A stretch of DNA of 64,000 nt, taken from Octopus vulgaris (taxonomy: Eukaryota). Within the stretch, counting starts at the first letter, position 1. Every line of letters starts with the position of its first letter. The notes beneath the pieces are model-generated. The model ran no database searches. It was not told the origin of the DNA and saw nothing but the letters and a program-made list of their open reading frames with translations. Of the stretch, positions 28,724 through 42,299 are shown in pieces. The stretch lies in assembly GCA_951406725.2 (NCBI GenBank), contig OX597822.1, forward strand, positions 108,810,001-108,874,000, in the 5' to 3' direction. The position numbers and the translations under genes are program-made.

Positions 28724-30404
28724 ATAGGAGAAGGAAAGATCCCGAGAAGGGAAGACAGAGGAAAAAAATCGCCAGCGGTACTCACGATGTCACACACATA
28801 TATATATTACGGAGATGTAGTTGCAGAGCAAGTGATTTGATCTGAGATCGTGTGCTGAAACGAAAACAATTGCAGCGTGGAAGGTGTTTGTAAGTCATTT
28901 AAGAAACACACAAAAGCCGTTCGATTCACTTTAACATTTAAGGTTACTTTGTCAAAATATTTTCGTCGCTTTAAGATCGCGACCTGTTCACTGACAAAAA
29001 TCCGTGCTGCATCTCATATATATATATATATGCGGTTTGGCACCGTCACTTAGTGGTTCGGCAAAAGAGGACGATAGAATAAGTACTGGGCTTATAAATA
29101 ATAAATCCCAGGGTCGATTTGCTCGACTAAAGGTGGTGCTCCAGCATGGCCGCAGTGAAATTGACTGAAACAAGTAAAAGAGTAAAAGAGTTTCCAGCCT
29201 TTACTTGATCACATACATTTTCATGTTTTTTATACGATAACTATTCCCAACTCAGAAGACATTGTAGATACTGCTAATTGTACTTATTTAATTGGATGCT
29301 TTCATGAAATTCAGACTTTTTCATTTTTCTCATCATCTATATATTTTTTTTTTACTTTTGTGAATCTGCTTATCTTTGTCTTCGTGAGTTTCAGAGGAAC
29401 GTGTTTTAAACGTGTAAACGTGACAATAATATCAAACTGCTGCTATGTTGATTCAATATCAGAGGAAATCTTTGTGAAGTAACAGTCGATAATATTTTTT
29501 TTTCTACTTGCCTCCCTGTATGCCTCATGACGATCGGTGATTTCGAATGCTTATACTGAGGCAGAAGTGATGATCTGGCTTAGGCACGCCGAACACTAAT
29601 TTAGTTAGTTACTTTTTTGGCTCAAAAAGCAAAAAGCAAGGCCATAAGTTTGCACAGTACCGTGTAGAACCTACGAAGAGATTTTTCAAATAAATTGTTA
29701 CAAATGGAGCCTGGGTGGTCTGTTAATATCAGGTGCAAATTTTTCATGTCTTGTTTTGCTACCTCAAGCACAAGCTCGAAATAAGCCAAATACATCCACC
29801 ATACTAAAAAGCAGTTTTGTTATTGCTTTGACTGGTTGCTTTTAATGGTATTTGTAATTTAGTTCACATTAAGACGTTAAATGTAACCATCAGTAATATT
29901 ATTTTTCTATTTAGGCAAGTGAACTGGAAAGCGGTTCATTGTTGTTGATGTTGGAATAGTAGTAGCCTGTTGCTGAGTTGATGCACTTTCTGACCTGTAG
30001 TGGAGTATTTATACTCGCTAAATTTGGATGGAATGGAATAAAGTCAGATAGTGAAGACAATACATGCCTCTGCCTGGTGCTAGCCAACGGCTTATCAAGG
30101 TGGTTGCTGACGTAACGCTTGGCACACATTGTTCAGTACAGTTTCTATATAGTCCTTGTGTTTAAGCACAATATAGAATTATGTTGTATTAACATATATT
30201 TTCAAATACTTATTCCCTTCAATAATAATATTGGTATACTAATTTTTCAGGGATGTTACCCTCAGCATTGACTAATTGCTCGTCGTTGTGAGAAGCGTAC
30301 CAGACATTTGTTACGGCGCTCATTCCATTCGTACCCAGTGTCGATTCATACAGTTATTTGTCATGTTCAGTTGATAGACGAGTATTATACACGATGTTAG
30401 TAAT

Positions 30405-30703
30405 GTTGGTTGTGAGCTCGAATCCCGGACCGGGCTGCGTGTTGTGTTCTCGAGCAAGGCACTTTATTTCACGTTGCTCCAGTTCACTCAGCTGTAGAAA
30501 TGAGTTGCGACGTCACAGGTGCCAAGCTGTATCGATCTTTGTCTTTCCCTTGGATAACACTGGTGGTGTGGAGAGTGGAGGCTGGTATGCATGGGCGACT
30601 GCTGGCCTTCCATAAACAACCTTGCCCGGACTTGTGTCTAGGAGGATAACTTTCTAGGTGCAATCCCATGGTCATTCATGACCGAAGGGGGTCTTTACCC
30701 TTT
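30405..30703 (+). mobile_element. SINE family D (5'-decayed)
   Basis: B-box-like gagctcgaatccc followed by gagcaaggcacttta...ccagttcactcagctg core. Confidence 0.7.
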
Positions 30704-31120
30704 AGTAATGAATGAGTTAAATAATTTAAGGCATAATCGTGCACATGTGCTGGTGAGAGAGTTTATGAGTTAATAGATTCCTTATCACACAAGAATTGAA
30801 TATCAAAGAACATTTAGTTGTAATGATGATACAGGTACGTTGAGGCGAATCTACCTGTATGTATCTCAGTGAGTGTATGCATATGTATGTGTTAGAATGT
30901 TCAATGTATTTGATAATAAATCAGGAGATATTCACAACGAGCTCACGGATCTGCGACGATAGTAATGCAGACAGACATACACACACACATACACACACAC
31001 ACATATATGTATATGCATATGTTTGTGTACCTGTCTGTGTATGAATGTATTTATGTATTTATATATGCATATACATGCATTTACATATACATACGTATAT
31101 ATACATATATGTGTATTTAC

Positions 31121-31155
<35 letters not shown>

Positions 31156-32142
31156 CATATATATACATATATGGTTATATATTGTGTATATATATGTATG
31201 TAGGCATGTTTGTATGGATGTAAGTTTGTATGTATATATGTATGTATGTATTAGAAAGAGAGAATGAAGAAACTAATTCAAACATAAGGCAGGGTAGTTA
31301 TAAGGGAAAAAAATAATGCGTAAACGTACACAAGCCTGTGTTCACGAACGCATATCTGTATGTGTGTATGTGTGTAGTGTGCGGTGTGTGTGTGTATGTA
31401 TTCTTCATAAGTTTTGTAACATTTGTGGACTTAAAAATGCACTAGAAGTTTCTCAGACCATCGTAAATGCCGGTTTATATTTGTTTCGTCATGCGTCACT
31501 AAAATCATTTCTGCTACAAAATCGAAGAATACTGTGTGTCACGCACTCTCTCTCTCACTTTCTCCCCATTCCTCACTCTCTTGTACTATCTTATATATCT
31601 CTACACCCCTACACACTCAATAATACTATAAAAGGAGACAAACTTCCTGAAAAAGTCCTGACGAATCCACTAGATTGGACGCAAGCCCTAATATATATGA
31701 TTTATAAAAACATATGACATATTGATAAATGCCTGTAAATAGAAACCCATCAAGATTTCTGAGTACCTCATTTCTTCTAATATATAATACCTGTAAATCA
31801 TCTCCAAACCTTCTAATATATATATATATATAAACAAAAAAGAAAATGGAGAAATACATCGGAATCAAATATCAATTAGCAGATAATACTCAATCACATA
31901 CTTTATTAAACCACCACATAAGAAACTATAAGGTTCAACATAAAAAAGTTGAACAAAACAGTGTACATAAAGGAGTGTACATAAAAGAGTAATGTTATAC
32001 AATATGTAGAATATATATAAGAGAATATAAATATAAGTAAATATAAATATACATATAGACTACATCTTACAGCTGTTTCGGCCGTGTAGATAAGTATGTC
32101 TCATTATACTTATATTAGCCATTTATGGTAGGTCATTTATTG

Positions 32143-32181
<39 letters not shown>

Positions 32182-32502
32182 CAGTCAACTAAAAATTGTT
32201 TCAGTCGTTAGACTGCGGCCTTACTAGGGCAAGGATTTCAAGAATGCTAATTAAAGGAATCGCCCCATACTTAGAGTGTTTTCAACCAGGTACTACTTTT
32301 ATCATCTTTTGCCGAATCTCTAAGCTACACGGCGCATGTTTGTGCGTGCATGCGTGCATGTCACTGTTCAGTTTATTTCAAGATTTCTTGCCAATACAGA
32401 AAGAACCTCTTGCTAAACTAAATCCAAGGATTCTTCATTGGAGTTTCAACATCAACAACATGGTATTTTTGCATGTTTCTATGCATATATGTATGCCTGT
32501 AA

Positions 32503-32548
32503 GACAGCTGAAGAAGACTGGAGGGTATATCAACCGAAACATTGTGTT
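32503..32548 (+). ncRNA. Decayed minimal hammerhead-like motif; a more degenerate relative lies at ~11370-11415
   Basis: GACAG CUGAAGA AGACUG..CAACC GAAAC AUU GUGUU. Confidence 0.4.
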
Positions 32549-32720
32549 AACAACTAACAAGATGAGGAACAATTTCCGTTAAATGTAAATAATGCACATA
32601 ATTCCTCATCTCTTAAATATAGAACTAAATTATGTATTGTACGGGTGGTTGTCAACCCAAGAAAGAAAGATCATGATTGGCGGAACACCGGTCAGGTGGA
32701 AGGAACTGAGAGAGGTAGTT

Positions 32721-32882
32721 GGCAAGAGTGGTGGTGTGGTAAGATGCTGACTTCTGAACCTCATGGTTCAGGGTTCAGTCCCACTCCGTAGGGCCTTGTA
32801 TGAATGTTTTCTACTATATTCTGGATCCGACCATATCCCTGTGAGAGGATTTCGTAGACGAAAACTAAAAGAAGCCCGTCGC
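32721..32882 (+). mobile_element. SINE family B 5' part
   Basis: gagtggtggtgtggtaag...ggttcagtcccact...gaagcccgtcg. Confidence 0.7.
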
Positions 32883-32885
32883 ATG

Positions 32886-32920
<35 letters not shown>

Positions 32921-32930
32921 TTGTATACGT

Positions 32931-33001
<71 letters not shown>

Positions 33002-33045
33002 GTATCTATCTATCTATCTATCTATATATATATATATATATCTAT

Positions 33046-33076
<31 letters not shown>

Positions 33077-33083
33077 TATATTA

Positions 33084-33162
<79 letters not shown>

Positions 33163-33169
33163 TATATAT

Positions 33170-33654
33170 AATATGTTACCATTACTCAATAGTCAAGATA
33201 AAACTCTGAGTTTCAGATGCCGAAGTGGAAATCCACAACACCATCTCTTCGGCCATCTGCAAAACGCTATGAAATAATACTGTTATATAAAGGGAAATTA
33301 CTGTGTTATAATTCTACTACTTATATAAAATGAGATTGAAATTTCATAGTAAAACACGTAAACATGGCTAGTCATACGCTCACATGTGCGTTTGCGGACC
33401 ACGTGAGTACTTATATAAGTAGCAGAATTATAACACAGTAATTTCCCTTTGTATAACGGTATTTTTTCATAGCGTTTTTCAGATGGCCAGATAACCGAAG
33501 AGATGGTGTTGTGGATTTCCACTTCGGCATCTGAAACTCAGAGAGTTTTATCTTGACTAATTGAGTAATTGTAACATATTATTTTATAGATAACTTTCCT
33601 CTATTTACATAATGTTGAGGTCTCTTTCTTTCTTTTGTTATCTTACCGTTTTTA

Positions 33655-33658
<4 letters not shown>
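33170..33658. mobile_element. (TA)n-embedded fold-back mini-element: arms 33170-33328 / 33411-33580 plus ~80-bp tail
   Basis: aatatgttaccattactcaatagtcaagataaaactctgagtttcagatgccgaag... mirrored by ...cttcggcatctgaaactcagagagttttatcttgactaattgagtaattgtaacatatt. Confidence 0.88.
33489..33553 (+). ncRNA. Type-I hammerhead ribozyme-like motif, variant core
   Basis: Stem I AGAUAA/UUAUCU; core CCGAAGA; stem II GAUG..GUGGA-UU-UCCAC..CAUC; GAAAC-UCAGAGA-GUU stem III; antisense copy in the left arm. Confidence 0.55.
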
Positions 33659-33701
<43 letters not shown>

Positions 33702-33734
33702 TTATTTATTTATGTATCTAGGTATATATATATA

Positions 33735-34372
33735 CTAGCAGTATCGCCCGCCGTTGCTCGGGTTTGTAAGGGAAATAACTATATAAGCATTTTTAGAGAG
33801 TTATAGCCAAAAAATAGCAAAAAATGCATTAAAAATGGAAAAAAATATGATGGTAATTTTTTTGAAAAATCGTTGACTCATCGTAGACATTTTTAGAGAG
33901 TTACTTCCCTTATATAATAGCGAAAAAATGCATTAAAATGGAAAAAAAACAATGGTAAATTTTTTTTTAAATCGTAGACTCATGTAGACGTTTTCTTAGC
34001 CATTTCTGTTTTGGTGTCTTCAAGCCATGAAGTCGTTGTTCTAAAAGAACGCTGGTCTCCTTGACAACGCATTACGACGTTGATTTCCTTACACTCCCTT
34101 CCCCACAGGTGCAGGTGTGAGCGTGGACGCCAACTCCGCCGCCATCGACACACGAAAAATTATGCATTAAAATGGAATAAAAAATGATGTTAAATTATTT
34201 TTTAAATCGTAGACTCATCGTAGCCGCGCGCTAATACTCAGACGGGCTCGATATGAATCACGACTATAAGCTACCCGAATTTGGTTAAACTGCACCGCAA
34301 AATGTGGGAGTAGTTAGGAATCTAAATCGAAGGGGACAGACACTCACACAACTACAGTTTTATATATATAGA
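33735..34372 (-). mobile_element. Non-autonomous Helitron, longer variant with ~160 bp extra internal segment
   Basis: A|CTAGcagtatcgcccgccgttgctcggg at the left end and tatatataGA|T at the right end. Confidence 0.85.
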
Positions 34373-34379
34373 TATACAT

Positions 34380-34822
34380 AGCGCAGTAGTGGTGAGATGT
34401 GACAGCAAAGAAAAGCATACATTCACTCTCTGCATGCAATTAGACTCGGAAAGTTCGTGAGGAACCCATTGACCCAATTTGCTGACTTTTCCGATAGCAC
34501 ACAGGTCTCAATGAATGGTTGAATGACCAAATCCAAGCTTCTCTGCTAGTTCCTCAACAGTTACGATGAGATTTTGTTCCACCAGGGTTTTCACGATGTC
34601 CTTGTCGAGTTCTACAGATCTTTCAGGATGAGGCTCGTCTTCTAGGCTGTTCCAATATAGCTTTCAAAAAAATAGCTGTTAAAATCGAAATGCACTCTTC
34701 AAAACTTGCACTATGAATAAGGACAAGATGAAATTACTACCTGCTTTTATAGCAAGTTAATATAAGTAGTTTATCCCATTCCCCTCTGAGTTTTAGTTCA
34801 AGCTGTTGAAAAAACCGCATTA
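34380..34822 (-). mobile_element. mariner transposase 5' fragment
   Basis: SLEDEPHPERSVE..TVEELAEKLG..HSTIH..GKVSKLGQWVPHELSE (mariner WVPHEL motif). Confidence 0.85.
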
Positions 34823-34833
34823 TTATATATATA

Positions 34834-34865
<32 letters not shown>

Positions 34866-35615
34866 CACACACACTCTCTCTCTCACACACATGCACACAT
34901 TTATATTCTGTTATTCTTTTATATGTTTCAGCCTTGAGGTTGTGGCCATGCTGGATCATGTGTGTGTGTGTCTATCTGTCTGTCTGTCTGTATGTATATA
35001 TGTATATTTTCAACAGATGTGTTGCAAATGTATCTGATTGTTCTCAAGCTTCAATACTGTGTGTGTGTATGTGTGTGTGTGTGTATGTATGTATATGTAT
35101 GTATGTATATGCATGTATGTATGTATGTGTGTATGTATGTATGTGTGTGTGTATGTATGTATGTATGTGTGTGTGTGTATGTATGTATGTATGTATGTAT
35201 GTATGTATGAGTGTATGTTTACTTTATTACTAACTATCTCTGGCTATTTACTCTTTTCCAAGAACATTTTCACTCACACTTATGTGTTAGCTTCCCATAC
35301 ATTTTACTCATGTATCTATCAGCGTGATAGAGAGAAACAAATATTACATCTAGTTTCACTTTATTCGTTGCCCATTGTGTGTGTGCGTTTGCGTGTGGTG
35401 TAAACCAGACTAAGAAAAGCATTTGACACACACACCAGAATGTGAGTTTTCTGTAAATTTTGCTTAATTGGAGTTTAAATTTTAAAAACTGGACCTGGCA
35501 TGACGCGATGCATTGTACTCTCAAAAATGCTAGGTAAATTGTAATTGAAGAAATCCTATATTGTAGATTTGTATAACTCCCAAAGGGAGGCAGATAAAAT
35601 CTGCCTTTTATAATA

Positions 35616-35678
<63 letters not shown>

Positions 35679-35739
35679 TGTATGTACGTACGTACGTATG
35701 TATGTATGTATGTATGTATGTATGAATGTATGTATGTAC

Positions 35740-35915
35740 TTGTGTGTCTGTATCCCCACTACCATTGTCTAACAACCAAATTTGGTGTGTTTATCTCCTC
35801 GTAAAAGAAAGATAGATTAAGCACTAGAGTTACAAAGAACAAGTCCTGGGGCTGATTTGTTCGACTAAAGGCGGTGCTCCGACATGGCCGCAGTTTAATG
35901 CCTGAAACAAATAAC
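35740..35915 (+). mobile_element. SINE family B 3' part
   Basis: gtcctggggctgatttgttcgactaaaggcggtgctcc...gaaacaaata. Confidence 0.7.
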
Positions 35916-36985
35916 GAAAAAAAGTATACAAGAATATATATATATATGCTGTGTATATCTGTGCGTACATGTCTGCGTCTTTGCAGATTTCCTCATTTGA
36001 ATAATAAGTCAGAAAGTCTGAAAAGTTCGTAGTCTGGTGTAGTTAAATCGTGATAGATTTTATATTCTATCCATGTATTATGACCTTTATTCTTTCAATA
36101 TTCTTTGTTTTACGCATAGCAAAACACTTATTTTGTGATACATGCTTATACGTGTGTCGATGTCTGTTTATGGCTGTGCTTGTGCATGTAATTGTATGTG
36201 TTTATTTTGTTTTGTTTATTTATTCTTCCTCATTTCTAAACCTGGAGTGAGACTGAGGATGCGTTCGATGTAAGCCAAAATTGGTGCCAGGTTTGCTGAA
36301 TTGTAGTTAATTTAAGCAATTGAACTTTCATCAATAAATTTATTAACTTTCTCCAAGTATTTATTCAACTGCCAGTGAGAATGGTAAGCAATGCCAACAG
36401 AGAAATGGTGAAATGCCAGACATTTAAAAATCTACATAATGGTGATATATAACATATGTCTATTTTGGAAATCAGTTATATATTTCTCACAAAAGCATCT
36501 CCTAGCTTTAAAGAACTATGCAAAGAAGAATGTTGTTGAACAATTCCATAAACACCACAACCTACTTCACCCTTGCCCGCCACAATTATTCTTTTCCAGC
36601 CACATCACCCGCAGCAGTGCAACCATCGCAATTTTCATTACAATCACGAAAAGAAGATTTGCAGTTGTAGCTTAAAGCTATATAACAAAACAGCAACAAC
36701 AAAAACAACAAAAACAACAACAAAAACAACAACAACAACAACGCTGCAATAGCAACACATAAAAGGGATATTGATCCAATAATGGAGCTTGTACCAGCCA
36801 ACCCACCTGAATATAATTTCGATGAAATTCCCTCAAACTACAGAGGAATGTTTTTGAGTAGAGAAACATTGTATTATGTTTCATAGTTTTTACATGCTTC
36901 AAAATACGTCGGGCCAAAACAGTTGTTGCTATTTTAAGATGACAAGAACGAGAATAAGAGTAGCAAAGAAATTAACAACGATTAA

Positions 36986-37378
36986 GATGGCGAGCTGGCA
37001 GAATCGTTAGCACGCCGGGCGAAATGCTTAGCGGTATTTCGTTTGCCGCTACGTTCTGAATTCAAATTCCACCGAGTTTGACTTTGCCTTTCATCCTTTC
37101 GGAGTCGATTAAATAAGTACCAGTTACACACAGGAGTAGATATATTCGACTTAATACGCTTGTGTGTTTAACCCCTTGTGGGTAGTAAAGAAATAGGTAT
37201 TTCGTCTGTCTTTACGTTGTGAGTTCAAATTGCGCCGAGGTCGACTTTGCCTTTCATACTTTCGGGGTCGATTAAATAAGTACCAGTTACACACTGGGGT
37301 CGATATAATCAACTTAATCCGTTTGTCTGTCCTTGTTTGTCCATTCTGTGTGTAGCACCTTGTGGGAAGAAAAGAAAG
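36986..37378 (+). mobile_element. SINE family A with partial tandem duplication; ~18-bp TSD
   Basis: ggcgagctggcagaatcgttagc head; body repeated from ~37196; aagaaattaacaacgatt / aagaatctaacaacgatt flanks. Confidence 0.88.
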
Positions 37379-38224
37379 AAGAATCTAACAACGATTGAAT
37401 TATCCCTGCATTCGCCAGCTGAACAATACTTTATTATGAGGCGAGCAACATCGCTACAGCATAAACACAACGCTACGAAAATGACAGTATGAGGGCTTGC
37501 ACCAACAGAACACAAATACCGGCGCCCGCAACGGTGATGGCACTCTTGCTATGAAAAACACTTCACTGGTTTTTCTCATACATCAAGGGGGTACCAAAAC
37601 TATTATCACAACTGTTGCAACAAACTTCCGTCGTTAGCGAACAGCTACCATTTCATCTGCCGCTATGAACATTTCTACCGATTCTACTACAACCAGTAAA
37701 GACAAAAAAATGATCCTAAATGTTTGGTGTTAAACCTAGCTTACATGGCATCTAATTCAATATCAGGTCTGTTTCATATGACGCAAACTTGACTCTGTTC
37801 CAATGGTGTACACGTATTTTAGATTAAGAATCTCCACCCTAAACCGAACACTGGTCCATCCAAGATATTGCCGGATTTCATTTACAGCTGATTGGACGGA
37901 TGTAACGTGAAATGAAGTGTTTACTTAAGAACACATCGCACAACCCGGTTCGGAAACCGGGAATTTGATCTTACGATTTTGAGTGCAAAACCCTAACAGC
38001 TCATCCTCTTACCTTAGCAAACTAGCAAAGAATAGAAGCAGATCTAGTACTTCCAGCAGCTCTTAAACTACGTCATCAGTACTAACAACATTGCACACTC
38101 ACCGTCCAAACTACCACCAACAGCAGACACAGATCCAAATATTCTGCTACCAAGACTATCCATAACAATGCTATCACTCTACCAGTAAATGTTATAGAGT
38201 AACAACAACAACAACTACTAAAAC

Positions 38225-38272
<48 letters not shown>

Positions 38273-38307
38273 TAATAATGATAATAATAATAATAGGGAT
38301 AATAATG

Positions 38308-38346
<39 letters not shown>

Positions 38347-38358
38347 GAGATAATAATG

Positions 38359-38431
<73 letters not shown>

Positions 38432-38660
38432 TAATAATGATAATAATAATAATAGGGATAATAATGATAATAATAATAATAATAATGATAATAATGATAA
38501 TAATAATGATAATGATAATAATAATAATAATGATAATAATAATAATAATAGAGATAATAATGATAATAATAATAATACTAGTAATAATAATAATAATAAT
38601 AACAATAATGATAATAATAATAATAATAATAAGATAATAATGATAATAATAATAATAATA

Positions 38661-38718
<58 letters not shown>

Positions 38719-38808
38719 TAATAATGATAATGATAATAATAATAACAATAATGATAATAATGATAACAATAATAATAATAATAATAACATTTATAATAAT
38801 AATAATGC
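38225..38808. repeat. (AAT/GAT)n microsatellite array
   Basis: direct reading. Confidence 0.95.
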
Positions 38809-39371
38809 AAAAAAGGAAAAATACTAATTTAATTGAAACGGAAGCGGTAAAAGGTGTGAGAAAACAACGAAATAAAGGAAACAAGTGCCGTTTAACAATA
38901 GGCTGTATTTCAATGACTCAGGGATAGAAAATATCAAATCACAATCTACGTAAGAAAATACGATAATATCGTGAAAAAAAAATACTCATCATTTCAAAAT
39001 ATAATAGCAGGGTAAAAAATAACGATATAAAGAAAGAAAAAAAATTGCAGATCATATAATTTAATTGAATAGATTAACAATGGAACGAAGTAATTCTATT
39101 CTAAATGTATATTATGTGTTTCACTGAAATAGAATACACAATAATATTAAGGAGATCTCATTTTACTGGATAACAGCCAATCCTAACTCTTCTCAAGCGT
39201 TTTACTAAATTAAATTACAATCAGCATGTAGCTAGACACACAAAAACAAACAACTAAATAGGTATGGCATAAACGTATGCATACATATATAATCGACATT
39301 GCAAACTCGCATACATACACATACATATATACACACATGTATGCATACACATGTGTATGTATGTATGGAAG

Positions 39372-39425
<54 letters not shown>

Positions 39426-39713
39426 GTATGTATATATACACATATATGCATGTATATATGTATGTATATATTTTTGTATGCATATATATAAATCCTCACG
39501 TACTGAAACACGGCGTTCTTAATTATCTATGGCATCATGCACAGGAATTAAATGGGGTGTTATTAACCCAATAAAATACATAGGAATATTGCAAATCATG
39601 AATCTGTACATTAGTAAAGGTAAGATTTACAACTATATGCATACACACAAACACACATATCTATGTTTCTATAAACTATAAATATATAATCCGTATATAC
39701 ATAAAACTTGTAT

Positions 39714-39780
<67 letters not shown>

Positions 39781-39818
39781 GGTATAACACACTCATATAA
39801 ATATTCATACACACACAA

Positions 39819-39849
<31 letters not shown>

Positions 39850-39852
39850 CAC

Positions 39853-39994
39853 ACGACGGGCTTCTCTCAATTTCCGTATACGGAATTCACTCATAAGGCT
39901 TCGGTTAACCCGGAGCTATAGTACAACAAACTTGCCCAAGGTACGACGCACTCGGAATGAACCCGGAATCATTTGGTTGGAAAACAAGCTACTT
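39853..39994 (-). mobile_element. SINE family B body, split from its head (42001-42020) by the 2-kb insertion
   Basis: Minus strand: aagtagcttgttttccaaccaaatgattccgggttcattccg...gaagcccgtcg; head gcaggagtcactgtgtggc. Confidence 0.8.
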
Positions 39995-41994
39995 TTATTC
40001 ATTAAATTTGCCAGGAAGGCAGTACATAGATGTAGCTTTGCGGGCTGGACGTAGACATTGATGGTATAAATGATGGTGATGGAACGAAGATGGTGATGGA
40101 AGAAGACGCAAGCGCCCGCCGACTTCCAAGACAATGTCCTTTTTTCAAAAAAATCAAAAAGTCACAAAATTTCACAAAAGTCACAACGAGGCGATGAACC
40201 TCTTTCTCAATATGATACAATTTTTCTTTTTAAAACATTCAAAATGTTCAAGCCAGCCGGCCGACCTGCGCTTTTGCTTTATCGAGGCAATCATTCTTTG
40301 TCGGGCCACGCCATTCAGGTATAAACTGAAAGGAGTCCTCCGGGAAGGAATTCACGATCCTGCACAGATCGCTATCCCATAGGACCTCCGCAGCCACCTG
40401 CGAAGGCCACTCAGGGTCCTCCGTGCAGGACCGAAGTCCCTCCCATTGCCCTCTCCCTTCCATTTTACCTATCTCGTTTTCAAGCGTTCCTCCTTTGTGG
40501 AAGACGACCACAAATTGATCCTCCGGCAGCACATCCGCCTGAGGAGGCTTGGGAGACGCCGTCCGAGTGTTACAATCCGCCGGCGGCGTCGCTTTTCTAT
40601 TCTTTTTTTTCCCTTTTTTTACCTGGGCCGCGGGAGGGTGAGGTTCCTGTATTGCACACAACGGGTCCTCCTTTTCTTCCGCAGCTCCCGGGTCTTTCGG
40701 TGGGTCACCATTTTTGCCCATCTTTCTTTTCTTTCTTGAGGATGTAGCAATTTCCTCGTTCTGTTTCTCTCCCTCCATTGGGGGGAGCAGGGAGAGACTC
40801 TAACACTTACCGTTCCAGGATCCTACTTTGGTCCCTGGGGCAGTTCTTCTTAATGTGGCCGGTCTCCAGGCACAGGTGACACTTGGGGGGTGTCCCTCAA
40901 GCATCACCGGATACCTGGACCCAGGCATCCTCAAGAAATCTGGAAAAACCAGACTTTTGGCTGATTGGGTCCATAGGGTCAAAACAGCTCTCGACCCCAT
41001 CCAATAAGCCGCAGGCAACATTTTTACATTTAGCAGCTTGGCACTGCTACCACCTAGACCCCTGCGGATAGAGTCCTCTATCCACTCGGGCTCAATTCCG
41101 GGTGGTAGGCCGCAGATCCAAGCCCTCAATAGTTTTTCTCCCATATAGTTTGGGAGAAACAATATTTCTTTGCCCTCAAGGGGCTGGCTTGCAAAGTCGC
41201 AAGCTTCTTTTGGGGAGTCAAATAGCAACTAGACCGTTGCGTATTTCACTCCCCGTGAGATAAATTTAACGGCTAGCAGGTAGTCCGCCAGCTCGTTTAA
41301 AATTGTGGCCTTCGGGAAGACTGCTATGGTGTCGAGCGACTTCGAATAAGTCCTCAACACCGCGGTCTTCCTTTCCAGCTCTTTTAAATATTTTTTGGGA
41401 GGTGTTAGGTCCCACACAATAAATTCCTTCGCCATTTCGAAACGGAATCCAATTAAAGTTGAAAAGTGTAAGAAATAAATAAGATACAAAAGGGAGAAGG
41501 GAAAACACAACAGAAAAGAAGAATTACACTAAAAATAACAGTTCAAAAGAGTTCTTTTTAAAAATAAACGATAGCTGGAAGAGAGTTCAAATTCAGCAAA
41601 GGAATTTTTTTTTTTTTGGCCGAAAGGGCACTCCTGGCCAAACGTCCAATTGGTGTAATACCTTGCAAAAACAGTCCCTGGTTTATCCTTGGTACTTCTT
41701 GGTATATCCAACACAAAGGCAATTAATTTTTGAGGAGGGGCTACGCCTCCTCAAAAACACAATTCTCACTGCAAAGTGAGTCTTTACGCTCGACCACAGG
41801 CAGGAAAATGTCTGGAGCAAAGTGTAGTCTATTATAGGCTAAAAAATAATTAAATGCAAAGCAATAAACGTCACCAAGCCCTTAAAAAATATACAACAAA
41901 CGCCTACCTGTAGTCGAGTCTCAAAATTCAATAATTCACGCCGAAAGACGTGACATCAGGCAGCAGCCAAAAAACACGTCCGAACACGTCCGAA
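39995..41994 (-). mobile_element. Complete ~2-kb ORF1-only non-LTR element inserted in a SINE, TSD ctactt
   Basis: 5' ttcggacgtgttcggacgtgtttt; single ORF; ~250-bp 3' UTR ending aatgaataaaa; TSD 39989-39994 / 41995-42000; no RT or endonuclease sequence. Confidence 0.8.
40248..41435 (-). pseudogene. gag/ORF1-like protein with CCHC knuckle, copy 3
   Basis: MAKEFIVW..ELERKTAVLRTYSKSLD..VKFISRGVKYATV*LLFDS..FLPNYMG..GLPPGIEPEWI..MLEGHP/KCHLCLETGHIKKNC..basic linker..DQFVVVFHK..DPEWPSQVAAEV; one in-frame stop and frameshifts. Confidence 0.82.
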
Positions 41995-42299
41995 CTACTT
42001 GCCACACAGTGACTCCTGCAAAAATATGTAAAGCAAAAATAAAGATGGAGATAAAGATTTGATAATTGTTAGAACAGCTTCAGTAACACTTCACTTCGAA
42101 TATCATTACTCATAAATATTTCGTGTGGTCCATTACACGAGATTGTATCAGTATGCATAACTGCAAAAATAGAAGGGATCGTATCTCCGCGGGCGCTTAT
42201 CATAATCAGTTAACATACATGATACACACACACACACACAAACGCTCACAACACAAATACACACACATACTCACACACACAAGCACACACACACACATA

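Larger units (their letters stand above)
24269..29899. repeat. ~5.6-kb palindrome (inverted duplication)
   Basis: atattactgatggttacattta... at 24269 is the reverse complement of ...taaatgtaaccatcagtaatat ending at 29899; colinear ~1.8-kb non-satellite arms, then satellite. Confidence 0.95.
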
